Assembly (NCBI GenBank): GCA_000934665.2
Contig: JYFJ02003256.1
Coordinates: 1-44,419, forward strand
Source: Catajapyx aquilonaris
Taxonomy: Eukaryota
Direction: 5' to 3'
Length of the DNA stretch: 44,419 nucleotides
Shown here: positions 26,401 to 41,367 of the stretch, piece after piece
How the letters are laid out: every line of letters begins with the position of its first letter
Numbering within the stretch: position 1 is the stretch's first letter
The notes under the pieces: generated by a model
What the model was told of the DNA's origin: nothing
Database searches by the model: none
The model's input: only the letters and a program-made list of their open reading frames with translations
Program-made: the position numbers and the translations under genes

Positions 26401-29400
26401 CGGTTCGAAAGAGATAGGAAGCAGTATAGTGTGTGTGGTACAGAGCTGGCGGAATCCGGAGATAAACGCATGCTTGCCCCGGTCGATAGGCTACATTCCA
26501 ACTTCAAAAACAGCCAGCTTGGGGCTTGCAAGGACTGCAGAGTGCAGACCCTCTCTTTTTTCCAGAGGAATGCAATTCGATACTAGAATCTATACTCGGG
26601 TGGGGGGAAAAAAGAAGAGAAGGATGCACAATATGGACCATGACGCAATTGAATATATCAAACTGCGCAAAAAATTTTTAACTCTGTCCATTTGCCAATT
26701 GTCCTATACAATGTACTGGTATGTGACACGCCCTGATAAAATCAGTGGCCAGTATGTGCAGTGTCCAAATCGTATGTGAAAAGAGTCAGGCTGCCTGCTA
26801 CCGCTTGCCTGGGTCCCTACTCGCTTGGGCTCATTAATTCCCAACGAAGTTCGAGTTCGTTGGGTTGCAAAGACCGCAATTATGGGACCGGTAGTGGGGG
26901 TGGGTGGTAGTATGTAGCTAGGGGGGTAGAGAGGGGTAGTCACCGTTGCCTCCGGAGGGACTTGCTGGCCATTGAGCTCTGGCCTCCCCAGGCGAAACTC
27001 GGCAATGTCGATGTGATGATAAACCACCATCGGACCTCATTTATATGGGCTTCCAAAATATTTTCAAGCGGATCATCGCTTCGAAAATTCGATGTGTAAT
27101 ATCACTCGCCTATTTTTAATCAGATGATGAGATCAGGTGAGAATTTCTGTAAATTATGTCATCACTTTTTCAATGCAAATTCTATGCCAGGCTCGTCAAG
27201 TACAATGTCATATTCAGGCCTTCTTTTTTGCAAGCGTCATAAAAATGGCGCTTTGAAATTGGTCTTCCTGGCATTAGGTGGTAGAGCTCGAAAATGACTG
27301 CCGTGCAACAGAATAATGCCGCAATCTCCCTGGGCTGACACCAAAATTTGAAACGGAAGTCTGTCTACAATATCAGAAGGTCATAATGCAGCCTCGGCAC
27401 ATCTTCCTCCTGTTACGATGAACATCCCCCTCCCCACTTCCATTCTTCTCTGTTGATGAAGGGCTCGGCATTTCCATATACGCTCTCATGCCTCCGTAAT
27501 AAAGAAAGTAAGCTTACAGCACACAGCTCCCGATGAATGTTAATGTTCCGTAATGCCGGCCCCTGCTGTGAGAAAACTAGCAGGCGACAGGAAACGATAC
27601 TCCATACACATTTTTGGGGGGTACGACTGGAATGGACCCGGACAAATCCTCGACTATTCTTCACCACGTAATTCCCTGGATGAGCCCATTCGTATAAAGT
27701 CACAAATGTTGTTGGCGGTATGATCAACTGGAATATTTCCGTCGTCAAAATATTGTAAACAGGAAACATCACCCATGCTGTCAAAATCCAACAAACTGCG
27801 CAGTGGAGATTACGTCAGTTGTTGCTGTCAGGTAGTCACTAATCAATCTGGAAATCCAATAAACGCACAGCGAACTAATAGAAACACCGCAGAGGTTCAT
27901 GACGCCGCACATAATGCCGCGTACGCTTCAGAAAATCCTCTTTTTTTTAAACCACGTACCCCGCAGGAATTGACCGGTTCAGTCCAAAACACTAAAAGCT
28001 ACACGCTCTCCTGATGAACATGATTTATAATCCTGCTTTACCATCGCATTTAAATAAAGGGCTTTACTGTCATTAAATGCGAGATTTGGAAAAGTAGTTG
28101 GCAATGAATTTAACGATTTTGTTGGGTTTTTATTTTTGCATCGCTCTATGATTTTTAAAATGGGCTTTAACAGTTTTTTTAGCGATTCTAAGATGACTTA
28201 ATGAGTTTCATAATAAATCAGGCAGCACATTGAATGCCCAATTAATATGCAAATCAATATTAATTTTTTGGTCGAATTAAAAAAATGGACGAAATTGCGA
28301 TTTAGAATTTGCATATGTCTCGTTGTTGCAGTAAACAGAGAAGCAATTTAAATATCTTCATGCACTCGTCATTAAATTAACGCAACATGAACGAACGAAT
28401 GGCGTACCGGTATGTCAATCGAGGTGTATAATTAATTGCATTCCAAACTCTGTCCCGCCCAATATTGCAACGCACAGCAGAAACTGGTAATGTAAAAAAT
28501 TTAAATTCAAATAAAAATGCAATTAATTATAATTAACTTAATGACCATACAAATTAAAATGTTGTTAAATGAAATATCGCTTCATTTCACTCGCAAAACA
28601 ATATGGTTTTATATAAGCGTATTTAAATTAGTAAAAATAAAATTTAAGTCTTATTAACTACAACAGGCAGCAATGTTTGCCATTTCATGCTGACGTGCAA
28701 TTGAAAATTACACTGATTGCGACATAAAACGGACAGGATAAATTCAATCTATAAGTTTCCAAAATGTGTGTCCCAAAGTAATTTTCTTTTTATGTTAAAA
28801 CCCGGGCTGCAAGGCGCGAAGGCTTGTTACAGAGCTCATTTTCTTCGCCATTATCCCCTTTTCCCTGGCTTGTCTTTTCCCTTCCATCAGGACCTAATCG
28901 CATTCCAATCGGGCCTGAAACCTTTGATTGTTTTCCAAGGCCCCCGTCAGGAGATATTACTCCGACTAATTTTACGCATGGATCGATGGGACACACAGGG
29001 TGACAATTTTAGAAAAGAGATAGTCCAATGTTACATACTCTTCATGTACAGATTTTGCGAGAGAGAGAGAAGGGGCCCCTAGAGTGTCCCCAACTGCCGA
29101 GTAAAATCGTCCATTAAGCAGTCATTTCGCCGCAATATCCTAAGCGAATTGTTCAATCAGCCGGGGCTTTACGACGCGTTCTATTCTTTTAACTCCCCAC
29201 ACGACGAATATTAAGGCAATAAACGTTCACGTTAATAAGACACGGAGAAAATAGACCCTACTTGATGCCACGTCCCGGGAGGGAATTTCGCAAAAATTCT
29301 TCAGTGAGCCCCCACTCTACATTAAGCTCTGCCATTTGTTGACTCGGAGCCAAACCCATTCGCATTTTTTAACACAAAAAAATATATACACAGCCGCTTG

Positions 29401-32400
29401 GGTATAAAAAGAGTGAGAGAGAAAAACCCCCATGAAAGTACTCTCCACCGGACTATTTACCCTTCCAGCTGAAATAAAACACAGGAGTAAACAGCGCGGA
29501 CAAATCCAATTTCTGCATTTCGCTCCACAGGACTAATTGGCTATTACGAACACCCAGGTTCAGGATTAAGACTGTCATATTGCCAGCATCCCTACCCTTT
29601 TGTTCCAAGTTGTAATCATCCCGGATGTTGACTTTCCTCCTCTATCCAACGCACTAAAGGAAACCTGGAAAAGGCCTACTTTCTGAGCTTTTGGGGGTGG
29701 GGGGGAAGGCCTATAAAAGCTGCTGAGCCTAAAGAGTTGCAGAGGATCGCAAACATACTATAATTGAACTTTCTCATTTTACAAAATCCATCCAAACTAA
29801 TTTCAGAAAGTAGGGAAATGCTATCAAATTATATTTCAACAAATACATTCAGCTCTCTCGTGCTGAGTTTCCAAATATAAAAGCATGCTCGCAATCTCGA
29901 CTAATTGTTTTACATAAATATTGGAGCGTCCCAGTAAAATGTCATTGGCCCAATATTTAAAATAGGACCATGGTTGGCAGGTCGCCTTTTTATTACTTAG
30001 TCAATAATATACAGGAAACCCTGCAGCACCCACAAGAATAACTGAGAACACAGTGGTGTGCGCACTCAGTTTGTGTACTTTAATTAACAGCCAATCCGAA
30101 GCACTCACTATGCCGTAATCTGAAGTAATTTCCATGTGCAAACATGCGAAAGATTACCGCATCCCTAGGCCCCGGGATAAACTTGGTACTGACGCTCGTT
30201 TTCCACACATTTCGATGTCGTCGGTGTACCCAACTTGCGATTCCAATATTATATTTATATAACCAGATACAGTACACGATTTATACATTATGCATAATAA
30301 AATATGGCCGACGTAAATCAACTTCAACAATGTGATTAACAAATTAGGAGAGGGATGTCTACTCCTTGTTTGCTATCATGAATTTCATTACCGAAATTCC
30401 TTCTAGCCCCCCCTCTCAGTAATCAATATGACCCCGACATGGCGCAGTTATTAGGACTCGGTATTGTTTCTTACATCCAGCACGTCCTGCCAGATCCCAA
30501 GTCGAACAAGAGGACAAGAGTTGAATTGCTCTCGGGGTTTTATTTCCCCCCCTTTCCCCTTACATCCTACCAGTATTACGCAGGATGTGCTCTTTTCCTC
30601 AAGAAGTCATTAATCCATGGATTCAGGAGATGACTTCTCTCGACTTGCTCCTGCTATTGACAATTTGGCAAAAATCCACTTCTTTTTCCCCGAGTCCGGA
30701 CTACTCTCGAGGTATCTCTTCCTTTTTCCTCTTCTGATAGAACCGTTTCCAGTTCCGACTGCAATATTCCAAAAATTTATTGAAATTTCTGCCCACGCTT
30801 GCTGAGTGTGCCTCCTAAACCTCCCCCCATGCCTCCCCACCCAGGAAGGGGGGGTTGGTTGGCAGAGAAAAGACCCGCAGCTTCAAAGAAAAGAGGTCCA
30901 ACGAGAAGAGGTACATAGTTTGCATACTTTGTTTCGACTTGTTTAGAAGACTTATAATCCAAATTCCAAAAGTTTAATTTGGAGACTCGATGTTGAGGAC
31001 TATAGAGGATAGAGGGGAATTAATCTGCAGGAGAAATGCGCAGTTTCGCACTTCTACTCTGTGTTTTTAAAAATATATATAGTTAGAAAAATTAAATTAA
31101 ACATGAGAGTATCGCTTTCATGGTTAAACTAATCAGTAATTTCCGCATTAATAAATCTGAATTTGTAGTACACAGGGTGACGTATAAGCAAATGCAGTTT
31201 CATAAATTCTGAGAAAACCGCTCGCGACAAATATTCCAGGTTTCGTTTCGCCAAATTAAAGTTGACAACAGCAATTTCTCATTCCGGACTACAAAGACTG
31301 TGAAATGCTTTCGTGTAATTAAACCTCCAAGTTACAGCAATATAAATAACTCCGACATCCTTCTTTGAAAACTACTGTACTTATTCGTAGATGTTACAAA
31401 TGTGCAAAAAGTCTGCAAATCCGTACAGTATGTTATAGCACACATTAAAATATTAATGCGACTAAAATGATTCTCAACATTTTATATTTTTGCGCTACAT
31501 TATGAGAATGGACTATAACATTGCAATAATTATTACCCGCCGCAGAAATATAGATCCACCAATAGGCATCAGGAATGAAACGTGGGACACAAAGTCCCTC
31601 CTGTTCATTAAATTGTTTATTGAACCCGCCATCCCAAAACTGAAATAAAATCGCGATAACGGCATGCGCAACATATCCCCAATTTATGTCCCCAATGTTA
31701 TCTAACAACAGGGGACTCGTATCAGTGTCATCAAATATGCCTCTCGAAAATGTAAGCGAGGGAATGTTTATTGATTTCCTTTTTTGGCCGCGAATGAAAT
31801 TTTGGTCCTGTTCTCCAGGGGGTGGTGGGTGGGTAGGTTTGCCAAAGAATAGTAGCCAACAGATCGTGCGAAAAACAGGACCTGATTGCCAGTTCCGATA
31901 TCCCCACGTTTTCATCGGACACGTAATCCGGTGCCGGACCCAATTTTACACTTCAGTACAAAAGACAGGGGAGGCCTGCTAAATGAAAAACCGCTCCAAT
32001 GTGTTGTGAAATCGCCCGCGATTAAAAATTCCGATTGTTACCGTCCACATTGCGGCCAGTGTTTGCAAAATAATTGCTAACAACAGTTCGCCCAGTGTAT
32101 TAAAAAGAGTTGGGTAGGGCAGAACAAGAGCCAAAAAAAACCGGTTGAATATGAGGGATTATCTGAAGCCCTCCCCCCCTACTGACCACCTTCCCCCCCT
32201 AGCACACCGCAAAATTTTGCCAAAAAAAGTACGTGAAAATAGCTCATTGCAAAAACAGGAATTCATCTCACAATGTAGTACAAAGTAGGGCGGAAAAATT
32301 GCTGATGGAGATGATCCGCTTTCTAGACTTTGCCATCTATTAGGCAATCAAAAGGCTTTATCCGTCAGTTTGAAGTTCCCGTCGTAAAAAGAAATTAATG

Positions 32401-35400
32401 GCTTAATGTACAGTCGTACCGCAACGTACGAGCATCGCCTTTTGTAATGGATTACCCGTTATCGAGAAGCAATTTATGCCCGGCTGCCAACAAGCCTTTT
32501 CCAAACATGGGGGAGTGTATACCCAAGATGATGACGCTATTAGTTCAGCACACTACGTTTAACAGCGGAACGAGGATTCTTTTATGCTCCTGGAAATCTT
32601 CGTCAATTCAAAATTTATTCTACGGGGACGCATGTATCATTTGGGATGGGTCTCGTTAACTGAGGTAATTACATGAATTAGTTATAATCTAATCACACTG
32701 TAATCTGCTAAATGGTCAAATGATCAGGGTGAAAAGGCTTGGATCGTAAAAGACACTTAATCGAACGGTCAAAATATATACGGGCTGTTCCAGCTGAACT
32801 GATTTATAAAGGTACCAAAATGTTGGCACTAATCTGCTTTTATGACACAATCCAGATCACTTCTATATAGGATTGAAGAACACTCGGTCGGACAGAAAAG
32901 CTGCTGATGGCCTGGATATTTATTTCCTTTTTTAAATAGTTTTATTCCCTTAAAATTCTCCTAGTAATGGCCAGTTGAATCAATGCAAATTAGCAAAAAA
33001 GAAATCTCTGATTATACTTATATATTGCCCTCAGCTTTTGTTCAGCATGCAACTTTCACCCCAGATTCAGCGGAAGACCACGACCAACAGCGTAAGTTCA
33101 ATCGTTCCCTCAGGGCAAATACACTGTACTGACACGTATCCTGGCCCACATATTATAAACTCTCTCCCCCTCCCCCCGTCCCTTCCCAACTATAAACGTA
33201 GGCACCTCCCAAAATTTGCGATGCAGTGCGGAACAGACGTTTCCCATCACTGGCGAAACTACTTTGCCTTCGGCCAACATTGTATGCTGACTACCCCATT
33301 AATCTCATCTTTGTTCCCCGCACGTTATGAATTCCGCACCCTCCAGCTATGTATCCCCGTTTCCCCCAACACGATGGAGAGGATTAAATCAAGCTCACGT
33401 CTTCCCCGAGCCTTGCTTTATCGCGCCTAAACACAATTCCCACGGCTCAACTTTCTGCGATATATTCCGCGACTATTCCCAGCATCGATTGCTAAACCTC
33501 GCACAGCATTTTCGGGAGGGATCTAAGCAGAATTTTAATAAAGCCAGCAGCTGGAATTTTTCTATTATAATTTTTAAATATGAAAAAAAATAATAGCGAC
33601 GGTATTATTCCAAGTAGAGTTTGTAATTTTTCTTCAGGGCATGTGTTCGGTAATGAGTATTTCTAAAAAGTGCTTTTGAAGTTTACCGAGGTTTTTCCCC
33701 CCCTGAAAGGATATCATCTCTTTTTGCAAAATCTGCATCCCCCCGAGGAGCCACCCAAAAAAATTCACTTCACCGCAGCCTTTCAACGCAATTATTTCAG
33801 CTGAGTAAGGTGACTAGAACAGTAATCGCTCCCTTTGATCCACACCTGAGAAAAGAAAAAAATATATGTAGATCCCTAAACTAATTACCATGATTCAGCC
33901 TTAAGGTGTACATAGCTTCTTTTTCTAATAATTAAGAGAAGAGTTTTGTATGGAATCGGTCGGACCTGATAGAAAAAGGTACGTCTTCATCTGGCAGCAA
34001 AAGCTCTCCATGCTACATAGAGTCCTCTTGGAGATGGAATCCGGAAGAAAATCCCTTTCTTTGATTTATAGAAGGGAAACGAAGACATTACGTTTCCGAA
34101 TTTATGATCTCTCTCCTTCTCATCTCTCACTGGGAGGTGGTAGGGAATAGGGAGGAAGGGTGGAGAGAAGAAGAAGAAAAAAAATTAAGAATCTCCCAGA
34201 AGAAGAATTATTGCCTCCTTAGATTCCTCCTGCAGCGGAGGCATTCAATTTTCACTCGGGCAGTGATAGAAGTGTGTAAGAATGCTCCGGATCCACTCAT
34301 AACGCTTGCAAGGGCAGAAAATAATCCCACTATCTCATGGTAGCCAGATGCTTATTAAGGATTCAAATGGCAAGGCGAAATTAAAGGTAAGCAGAATTTT
34401 TCCTGTTAACTGCAGCATTGTGCGCAAATCCTATTGTATGAGGTATCATACAAAAATGATGTGGAGAACACGAAATATACAAAGCAGCTTTGATAAACTA
34501 CTGTATTCCAGTATCATTCCTCCTTGCAAATATTTCAAGCTGTCCCCCCCCCCCCCAATGTTAAAATGTGAAACGTGCTATTCACTCGTAAGCTTATACT
34601 GTATGTGCACACATTGGAATGAGGGTGGAGGGAATGGCCCTTGTGTAAGGATATCAATTTGTGAGTCATTATTCCTGCTGGGAATTGGACTGGAAATGGG
34701 AGTCATCAGGGAGGGGCAGCAAATTAATTCGAGACCGGAATGGTTTTTCACTTCTTCCATTACACTTTCCGCGCAATGGCATCCGATTCGATTACCTCCC
34801 CCCAACCATACCCTCCCCTGCCGTCGTCCCCATTTATGGCGTTTCCCACGCAATATTCAAAGTCGCTGATTGATTCGGCTATATACAAATGATCCATTTC
34901 CACACTTATTAATAACAGCATTGGGCAGCAGTAGCCTGCGCTCCAACCCAGGCCTCGACTGTGAAATTGGATTGGTTTTATGCCTCAGGAGAGCGTTCAT
35001 CTCTTCCCTATACCACACGCCAGAAACCTAATGGGCAAGAAGGTGTCGAGGGAGGGAATGGGCGAAAAAAGGGTGTTTTTAGGTAATGGATTGTGGTATC
35101 CTATAGCCTAACACAGCAGGACATAAAATGGAAACAAATTATAGCCACGTGGAGCTAGGCCTAGCCCGTCCTCTTTGACCTACACTGTATAAGAGACCCA
35201 CAATTTCTATACATAAACCATGTAAAACGGACCATGGATTGGACTCTGTACCATTCTATGTATGCAAAAATTTGATCTCGGTGCCAAAAATGCTAAGAGG
35301 CATTAAAATTCGCGTACGGAAAGGTGACGCTGACGGGTTTTGTCCTTCACTCTCTCGAAGCCCACCACGTGCCAAAAATTTCTAGCTGGGTGTCCTACTT

Positions 35401-37108
35401 TTTTTCACCAGCTTGCCACTACGAATTAGAACCGAATGTGACGAACTGGTTGTGACATAAATTTAAAATGCATGAAATAATTTGGTGGCAGAACGAAAAT
35501 GGAATGAGGTTTTTTTTTCTCCTTCCTGTTCCCGTGGTGCTGCTGGATTCATTCGCGGTTAAGTCAACGAGGTTGTTTTCGTCCAAGGTGACATGAAAAG
35601 ACCAGGAGGAAGAAGGTCGCTCGATTTTTTTTTTCTTCCTTCCATGATCCTCCTCTTTCTCTCCATCAACATTCATCAGGGTTCCAGGAAAGCTTGGGAC
35701 ATTTGAGGTAAGCGTTTTCTGAGGTGCCTAAGCAACTCGGACTTGCAGAATGGTCACATGCATCATGCTGAAGTGGGTGGAGAAAACGGTTAGGCTTTTA
35801 AGTTCCTTCCCTTCCTTTTTGTTCGAGCAATTTCCTTCCATTTTTACACCCAGCGTATATCATCCCTCCAAAAAATCCAATATTCATGCGAGTGCATTTA
35901 TATCATTTCTGCCTCACTATACAGGAGCTCCAAAAATTTCCCAATACTACTAATCAAAGTAGCCCAAATAATTCATGAATCACTCGAAATGCGCGCTCCC
36001 TCATGGAATCGGATCGAATCGTTAATACCAAATTAAAATTTTCATGCGGACATTTCCGGCTAAATTTGCATCAGTTTTTCCCCGCGGAGATTTTTCAATC
36101 TCCCGGCCCGAGGTTTGTTCAACACGGGAGCCGATGTTCTCTTAACACAAAATTGCAACGAGTTGGAGGCTTGGAAGTGAGCAAAAAAAAATTAAAAAAT
36201 AAAACGAGGCAACCCAGTTGAAACAAAAGGACTCAAGATGGTTGCACGTGAGGCGACTAAAACAAAGAAAAACAAGAAAAACAATCTGGCCTCTTAATCC
36301 AAGAGCCTCTAATTCTATGTGAGCTCCCAGAGCCCAAAGGCTAAGCCTACTTTGCCTGGTTACACCCTCAGCTTGAAAGCGGAATGCGATTCCTTTGATC
36401 CTAGAAAACTCCGTAAACCTGCTTAAAATACATTTGCACTACACGCAAGAAAAAGGGTTGGCCGCTAAAACCCGGATCCAGTAATTTGTTAAAAAGCTGG
36501 TCACTTTTTTACTGCCCTATAGTTGTGCAAAAACTAGAGCCATTGTTTTGCCCTGCCGTGTGCATCCACAACAGCGTGTCGCAAAATTTTTAGCAAACTC
36601 AGCAACTTCATTAAAAAATTTCAGGCGGCTATTTTACAAAAGCACAGGTTTATACCAAACGTTGCCAAGTTTTATGCTTCCAAAATGTATTTTGGCGCCA
36701 AGATAGCTGCCAGTTCCGGTCTTGTTTTAATCCAACGTAATCACGGCGGCGTCGGATGTGACCTGCGTGGAAGTGTCTCCTGTGATGCGACATGCTCTCT
36801 GGTCCTTGTGCCTCCTTTTTGGGGGCTCGTTTTCCGCCTGTCGGGAGAGGTCTGGCCGTGTTATTTGGGCAGCAGCGAAATGACGCTCTCCGTTTTTCGT
36901 ACATTCACGCTGGGGACGAGCTCAAGATGCCAGCAACACTTCCGCTTATAAATAGGGCATCTGCATAACCTTAGCCCTTTACCTGCTGTTCTTCCAGCTG
37001 AACCAAGGCTTATTAAAGCTGGGGTTGAAAAAGTTCGAAATTATTTAGTTTTACTTATAAAAAGCACTCATAAAATGGGCTAGTCATTTGACTACCCAAT
37101 ATGGCCAA

Positions 37109-37206
37109 TAGGTTAGGTTAGGTTAGGTTAGGTTAGGTTAGGTTAGGTTATATTAGGTTAGGTTAGGTTAGATTAGGTTAGGTTAGGTTAGGTTAGGTTA
37201 CGGTTA
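37109..37206 (+). repeat. Interstitial (TTAGG)n array, the arthropod telomere-type repeat
   Basis: 18 consecutive GGTTA units at 37111-37200, two of them variant (TATTA, GATTA), plus a final cGGTTA. Unique sequence on both sides, so it is not a chromosome end. Confidence 0.95.
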
Positions 37207-38320
37207 ATGTTATCCTGGTTAAGGAGTCAACTAACCACTTCATTTTTATGCCATTTATGGTGTTAATGTAGCTATCCCAAAGTGTCCAGTCCAGAACTGT
37301 CCAAATTATCACCTCTCCCACAATATCTCTGGCTCACAGCTTCCCGGCTCAATATGTCATAAGCCTTGCCATGAAATGAATGACTTATCACACTTGGCTT
37401 TCTGTTCCTTCGCATGTCAGAGGCTCGTTTGTCACGAAAGTCAGATGAAGTGGGAGCGGTGCAAATCCCAGCTCTACTTTGAGGCTAAATATGTTAGGTC
37501 TCCACATGGTCCTGCTGCATTATGCATGGGAAATGTCACGTCTTAATCCAATCAAGGACCGAGTGGATGTAACGCTCTCAACTACAGGATCGGATAAGGG
37601 GGTCGCTCTCTCTCTCTTTTCTCCCTAGAGGACCTTGGATCCCGTCAGGTTGGTTGCACGGACAGGACAGTTTCGTTTCCACTGCAGTGATTATGAAAGG
37701 GTCACCTCGACATCTAGAATCACCAATCACAATGATCCTCACGGGGACTGCGGTTTATTTGGCTTGATGCGCCGTACCGTTCCGCTGGGCTGGTGATTCA
37801 ACCTGGTGCGTCCTAAACCACTGCAGCCACAGCTACGAAAATCTAACCAGCATGTACTCAATTTAAGGGTGGGCTACAAAAAAATCTTTGCAAAGTTAAG
37901 GATTCTCTATCATGTATATAATGCATGCGCCAGTTAATTAGGGGAGATTTACTGCCCCCCATTATGTATGGATCGGGGTAAACCATTAGTGCCTCTGTAT
38001 AGTTTATAAAAAACAAGGATAATCACTTAGCTGTAGTGTCAAAATTTAAATCCCCGTAGCGCACCTCTATTTAAATAACATTAACAGAAATAACAGTCGG
38101 CCATTCCGCAAATATAAAACGCTGCAAATATGAACTTCAAGAATTCACTGAGCCATCCTTGCTTATATAGGCTAAGCAAGTGTCACGTCCTGGACGCAAA
38201 CAGAAAACAAATAGTCTTCCCCTTTTTGGTTCAAAATCCTCCCAGCGAAACATAAAATATCTAGTCAGAATAAGCGGACGCCATATTTTCATTTGTGTGC
38301 AGACTGAACCTAATTTTTTC

Positions 38321-38341
38321 TCTTCTTCTTCTTCTTCTTCT
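38321..38341. repeat. (TCT)7 microsatellite within a polypyrimidine stretch
   Basis: Read directly from the sequence. Confidence 0.85.
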
Positions 38342-41300
38342 TTCTCTTTTTTCGGGGCGACAGAGAAGGACTAGGATACGAGGTGGCTTTTGGCTGACAA
38401 AAAGCGGCCAGAGATGAAGGATCTCTCTCGGGCTATAAACATCGGAGTTTCGCAAGTCTGAGCACCGGCAGGGGCAAAAGGAAATCTAGTTTCCGTAACT
38501 TCGTCCTCTTCACGTCATCAAGACGCTCTCCTTTTAGCTTTGTCTCCCTCCCCGATTCCTTTGAAAACTCCAATTTCGTTTTCCCCTAGACATGAAACGC
38601 AGAACAAGAGGACCGGCCTGCTTTCTCCCAATTGGCAGATTCTGGGGTTCCCTACAAATATTATTCCACATGTCCTCCATTGATTCAGCAGCCATGCAAA
38701 TGAATCAACCCGATTGCGATGGTGGCTAAGCCTCGTTAATATTCATGATCTATCCTAACTGGATTCGTAGTAACAATATTTTACAATTAAAACCGGGCCT
38801 ACCCAGTTCTGGATGTTCTGAAGGATCGAATCAGAGTGCTATTTATCTTCCAACCAAACTCGTTGGGTTCAAATCGAAGCTACGAAAGGCGGCTCTGCTG
38901 GGATATGATTTCCCTCCGGTGCATTCATTAGATACACCCAACTCCCAACTCTAGACACTTACGCCATGAATTATTCCATAGCAAATTCGCACCAGTGTAT
39001 ACATACCAGAAAAGGTTGATGGCTCTGTAACTTTATATGTTTGTAACTTCTAAGCTTTCCTTTCTCAGCGCACAACTTGGCGGAGTCGATCGTTTAGAGA
39101 GACAACAATATGAATTTGTAGCCCCAAAGGCGAACAGGGAAGGGCCACTTGAGCCTTTCCCGTTAATTAGTGCGGACCATATAGCCTCACAGAATGTAGC
39201 TTCACCTACTTTGCAGTGAGTTTCTGGACGTCCAGCCCCAAAATAGAGTCAGATCGATGAAAGGGACGTAAAATTGTAATTAGCAACGGAATCATTACAC
39301 ATCATCAGTCGTAACATCAGTGCACGCAAAGATCTCCATTATACAAGCAGCACTAAATGCCCAATAATTCAGTGTGTACTGTACTGTAAAATGTAAATAT
39401 TGGGCCTACATAATTTTTTTTCATTAAGTGGTAAAATCCGCTTCTATAATTCATCACGGATTTACAGCGATTCGTTGATTTTACCCACACTAGTAAGCTC
39501 CGTAAAGAATAACTGTATCTTGATATCACAGATGAGTTACGACAAAATTGAGTATAAAAACCTTATAATACACCATGCATTCAATACGTATCAAAATGCG
39601 TTAAGCTGCCTGCCTCATTACAGCTAGCTCATATCATCAATATTACTGGCATCGATTTATGGTATACACGTAATATCACCTCACTAAATTTACGCTGATA
39701 ATGTTAGGCTGTTCGTGGTTTTGCATAAACCTATCATCAACACCATCGCTCTAAAAAATCGGGGGCTACTAAAGTCATGGCACCAGAGATATTTTTGATG
39801 AAACCCTGAGAAAAAATTCTGCAGATCGTATTTTTTTAACCGATTCCATAACGCGTTTTTTTGCAGCAGGCAACGAGACTATAAAACAGCACCTGACGCG
39901 TAAATTATGTCCAACTCCACGCTTGCAACCTGCCCGTAATTCACTGCTAAAACAGACCATTTTGCATAATTCAACTGGTCGAAAAAAAATACTTCTTTTC
40001 CGTTTCGTGCTTCAAATCATTAAGAGAGAAACCTAACCAAGAAAAAAAAAAACTGGTCTCTGCATTTAACCGTAGATTAATGACAAATTCAATCACCCTT
40101 TTCACGTATAGAGCACGTAACCAATCCAGGCAAGTCCTTAGGGTCATAATTAATATTTCCAGAGACCGATTTCAAAAGAGGGTATAGGGTTAGAGGCTAG
40201 CCCCCCAATGTTTAAAGTGCCAATCAAAGTGAAGCAAGAGAAGTTTCGGTTTCCATTTGTTGGAAGCCCCTGCAATTCCATTTGATAAAAAAAAAATTTG
40301 TTCGGTCTAGCACACTCTGGCTCCAAGTTTTCCTTCGAAGTGGGAGAGAGAGAGAGGTAATTCTTCAAATGTAAAGGGACGTAATTAAGCTCACCTGAGG
40401 CTATTGGCTTGTTGATTAATGAATAAAGTCGTGCTACTTTCGGCTCCGTTTCAATCTTGGCTCTAGGCAGGTGTCATAAACAGCTTTCAGTTTACCTTGA
40501 TAGCAATCGTCACTATACATGGTGTGGTTAATATTCCAGCTGTTTTCAACTCAATTGTTGCAAAAGAATGTTCAAAATAAATAGCATAAAAATTCCATAG
40601 GGTCAGAAAGCAATTGAGGCTCATCAAAATTTTCACTTTCGTGGAATAAACAAATTTTTTAGTAATGGCACGCGTCAGGGAGTGATTATATCAAGCACGC
40701 TGGGACCGCATTGTTAATTTATTAGTGCATATTCGGCGAAAATGTGAAGGGGTTAATTCCATAAGCAATTAATATTCCAAAACACGTTAGTCTCATCTAT
40801 ATAGCAGGAGGGTCCAGGCAAGTGCCAGCTATGCCTGATCATAAATTTTCAACTTGAAACAAGAGCACCCCCATTCCGTGTTTTAGGATTACATTTTCAA
40901 CAGTCCCTTGAAGTGCGCTATAATATTTGAAGGTTGGGTATGCGGTATGTTGCTCTCAATTTCAAATTACTGCAGCTATACCTATTACTGCATGTGCGTC
41001 ACAGAGCTTTAAACGCTTTCAGAAGAAGCGGTCTAGACAGCATTTGAAAATTATCCACGTGATTTCTTATATAATAAATCGGTAATATGAGCCAAAGCCT
41101 GTACTCTGGAACAGATATACGCAATTAGGAAAAATACATAATACTGCACGTCCAGATTAATTGAAGATCAAATTTGCGAAAGGCGTACTGTATCTGAAAC
41201 ATATATGTTTAGGCAAGAACCCTTTGGCTTAGTTTACACTGCAGGTCCCAGTGCCGAGTGCAGCGGAAGGTTCAAATATTTATTAAAGTAATAACAGCTG

Positions 41301-41367
41301 TGGGCCACGATATGTGAAGTACAGCAGTACTACATACAGTGATGGAAGATTAGTTGTGTGTACTCAC

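Noticed and set aside
6367..34850. About ten Su(H)-type YGTGRGAA sites (e.g. 8613, 33437, 34843)
   Set aside because: Only about twice a rough chance expectation, dispersed, and not in a paired-site arrangement.
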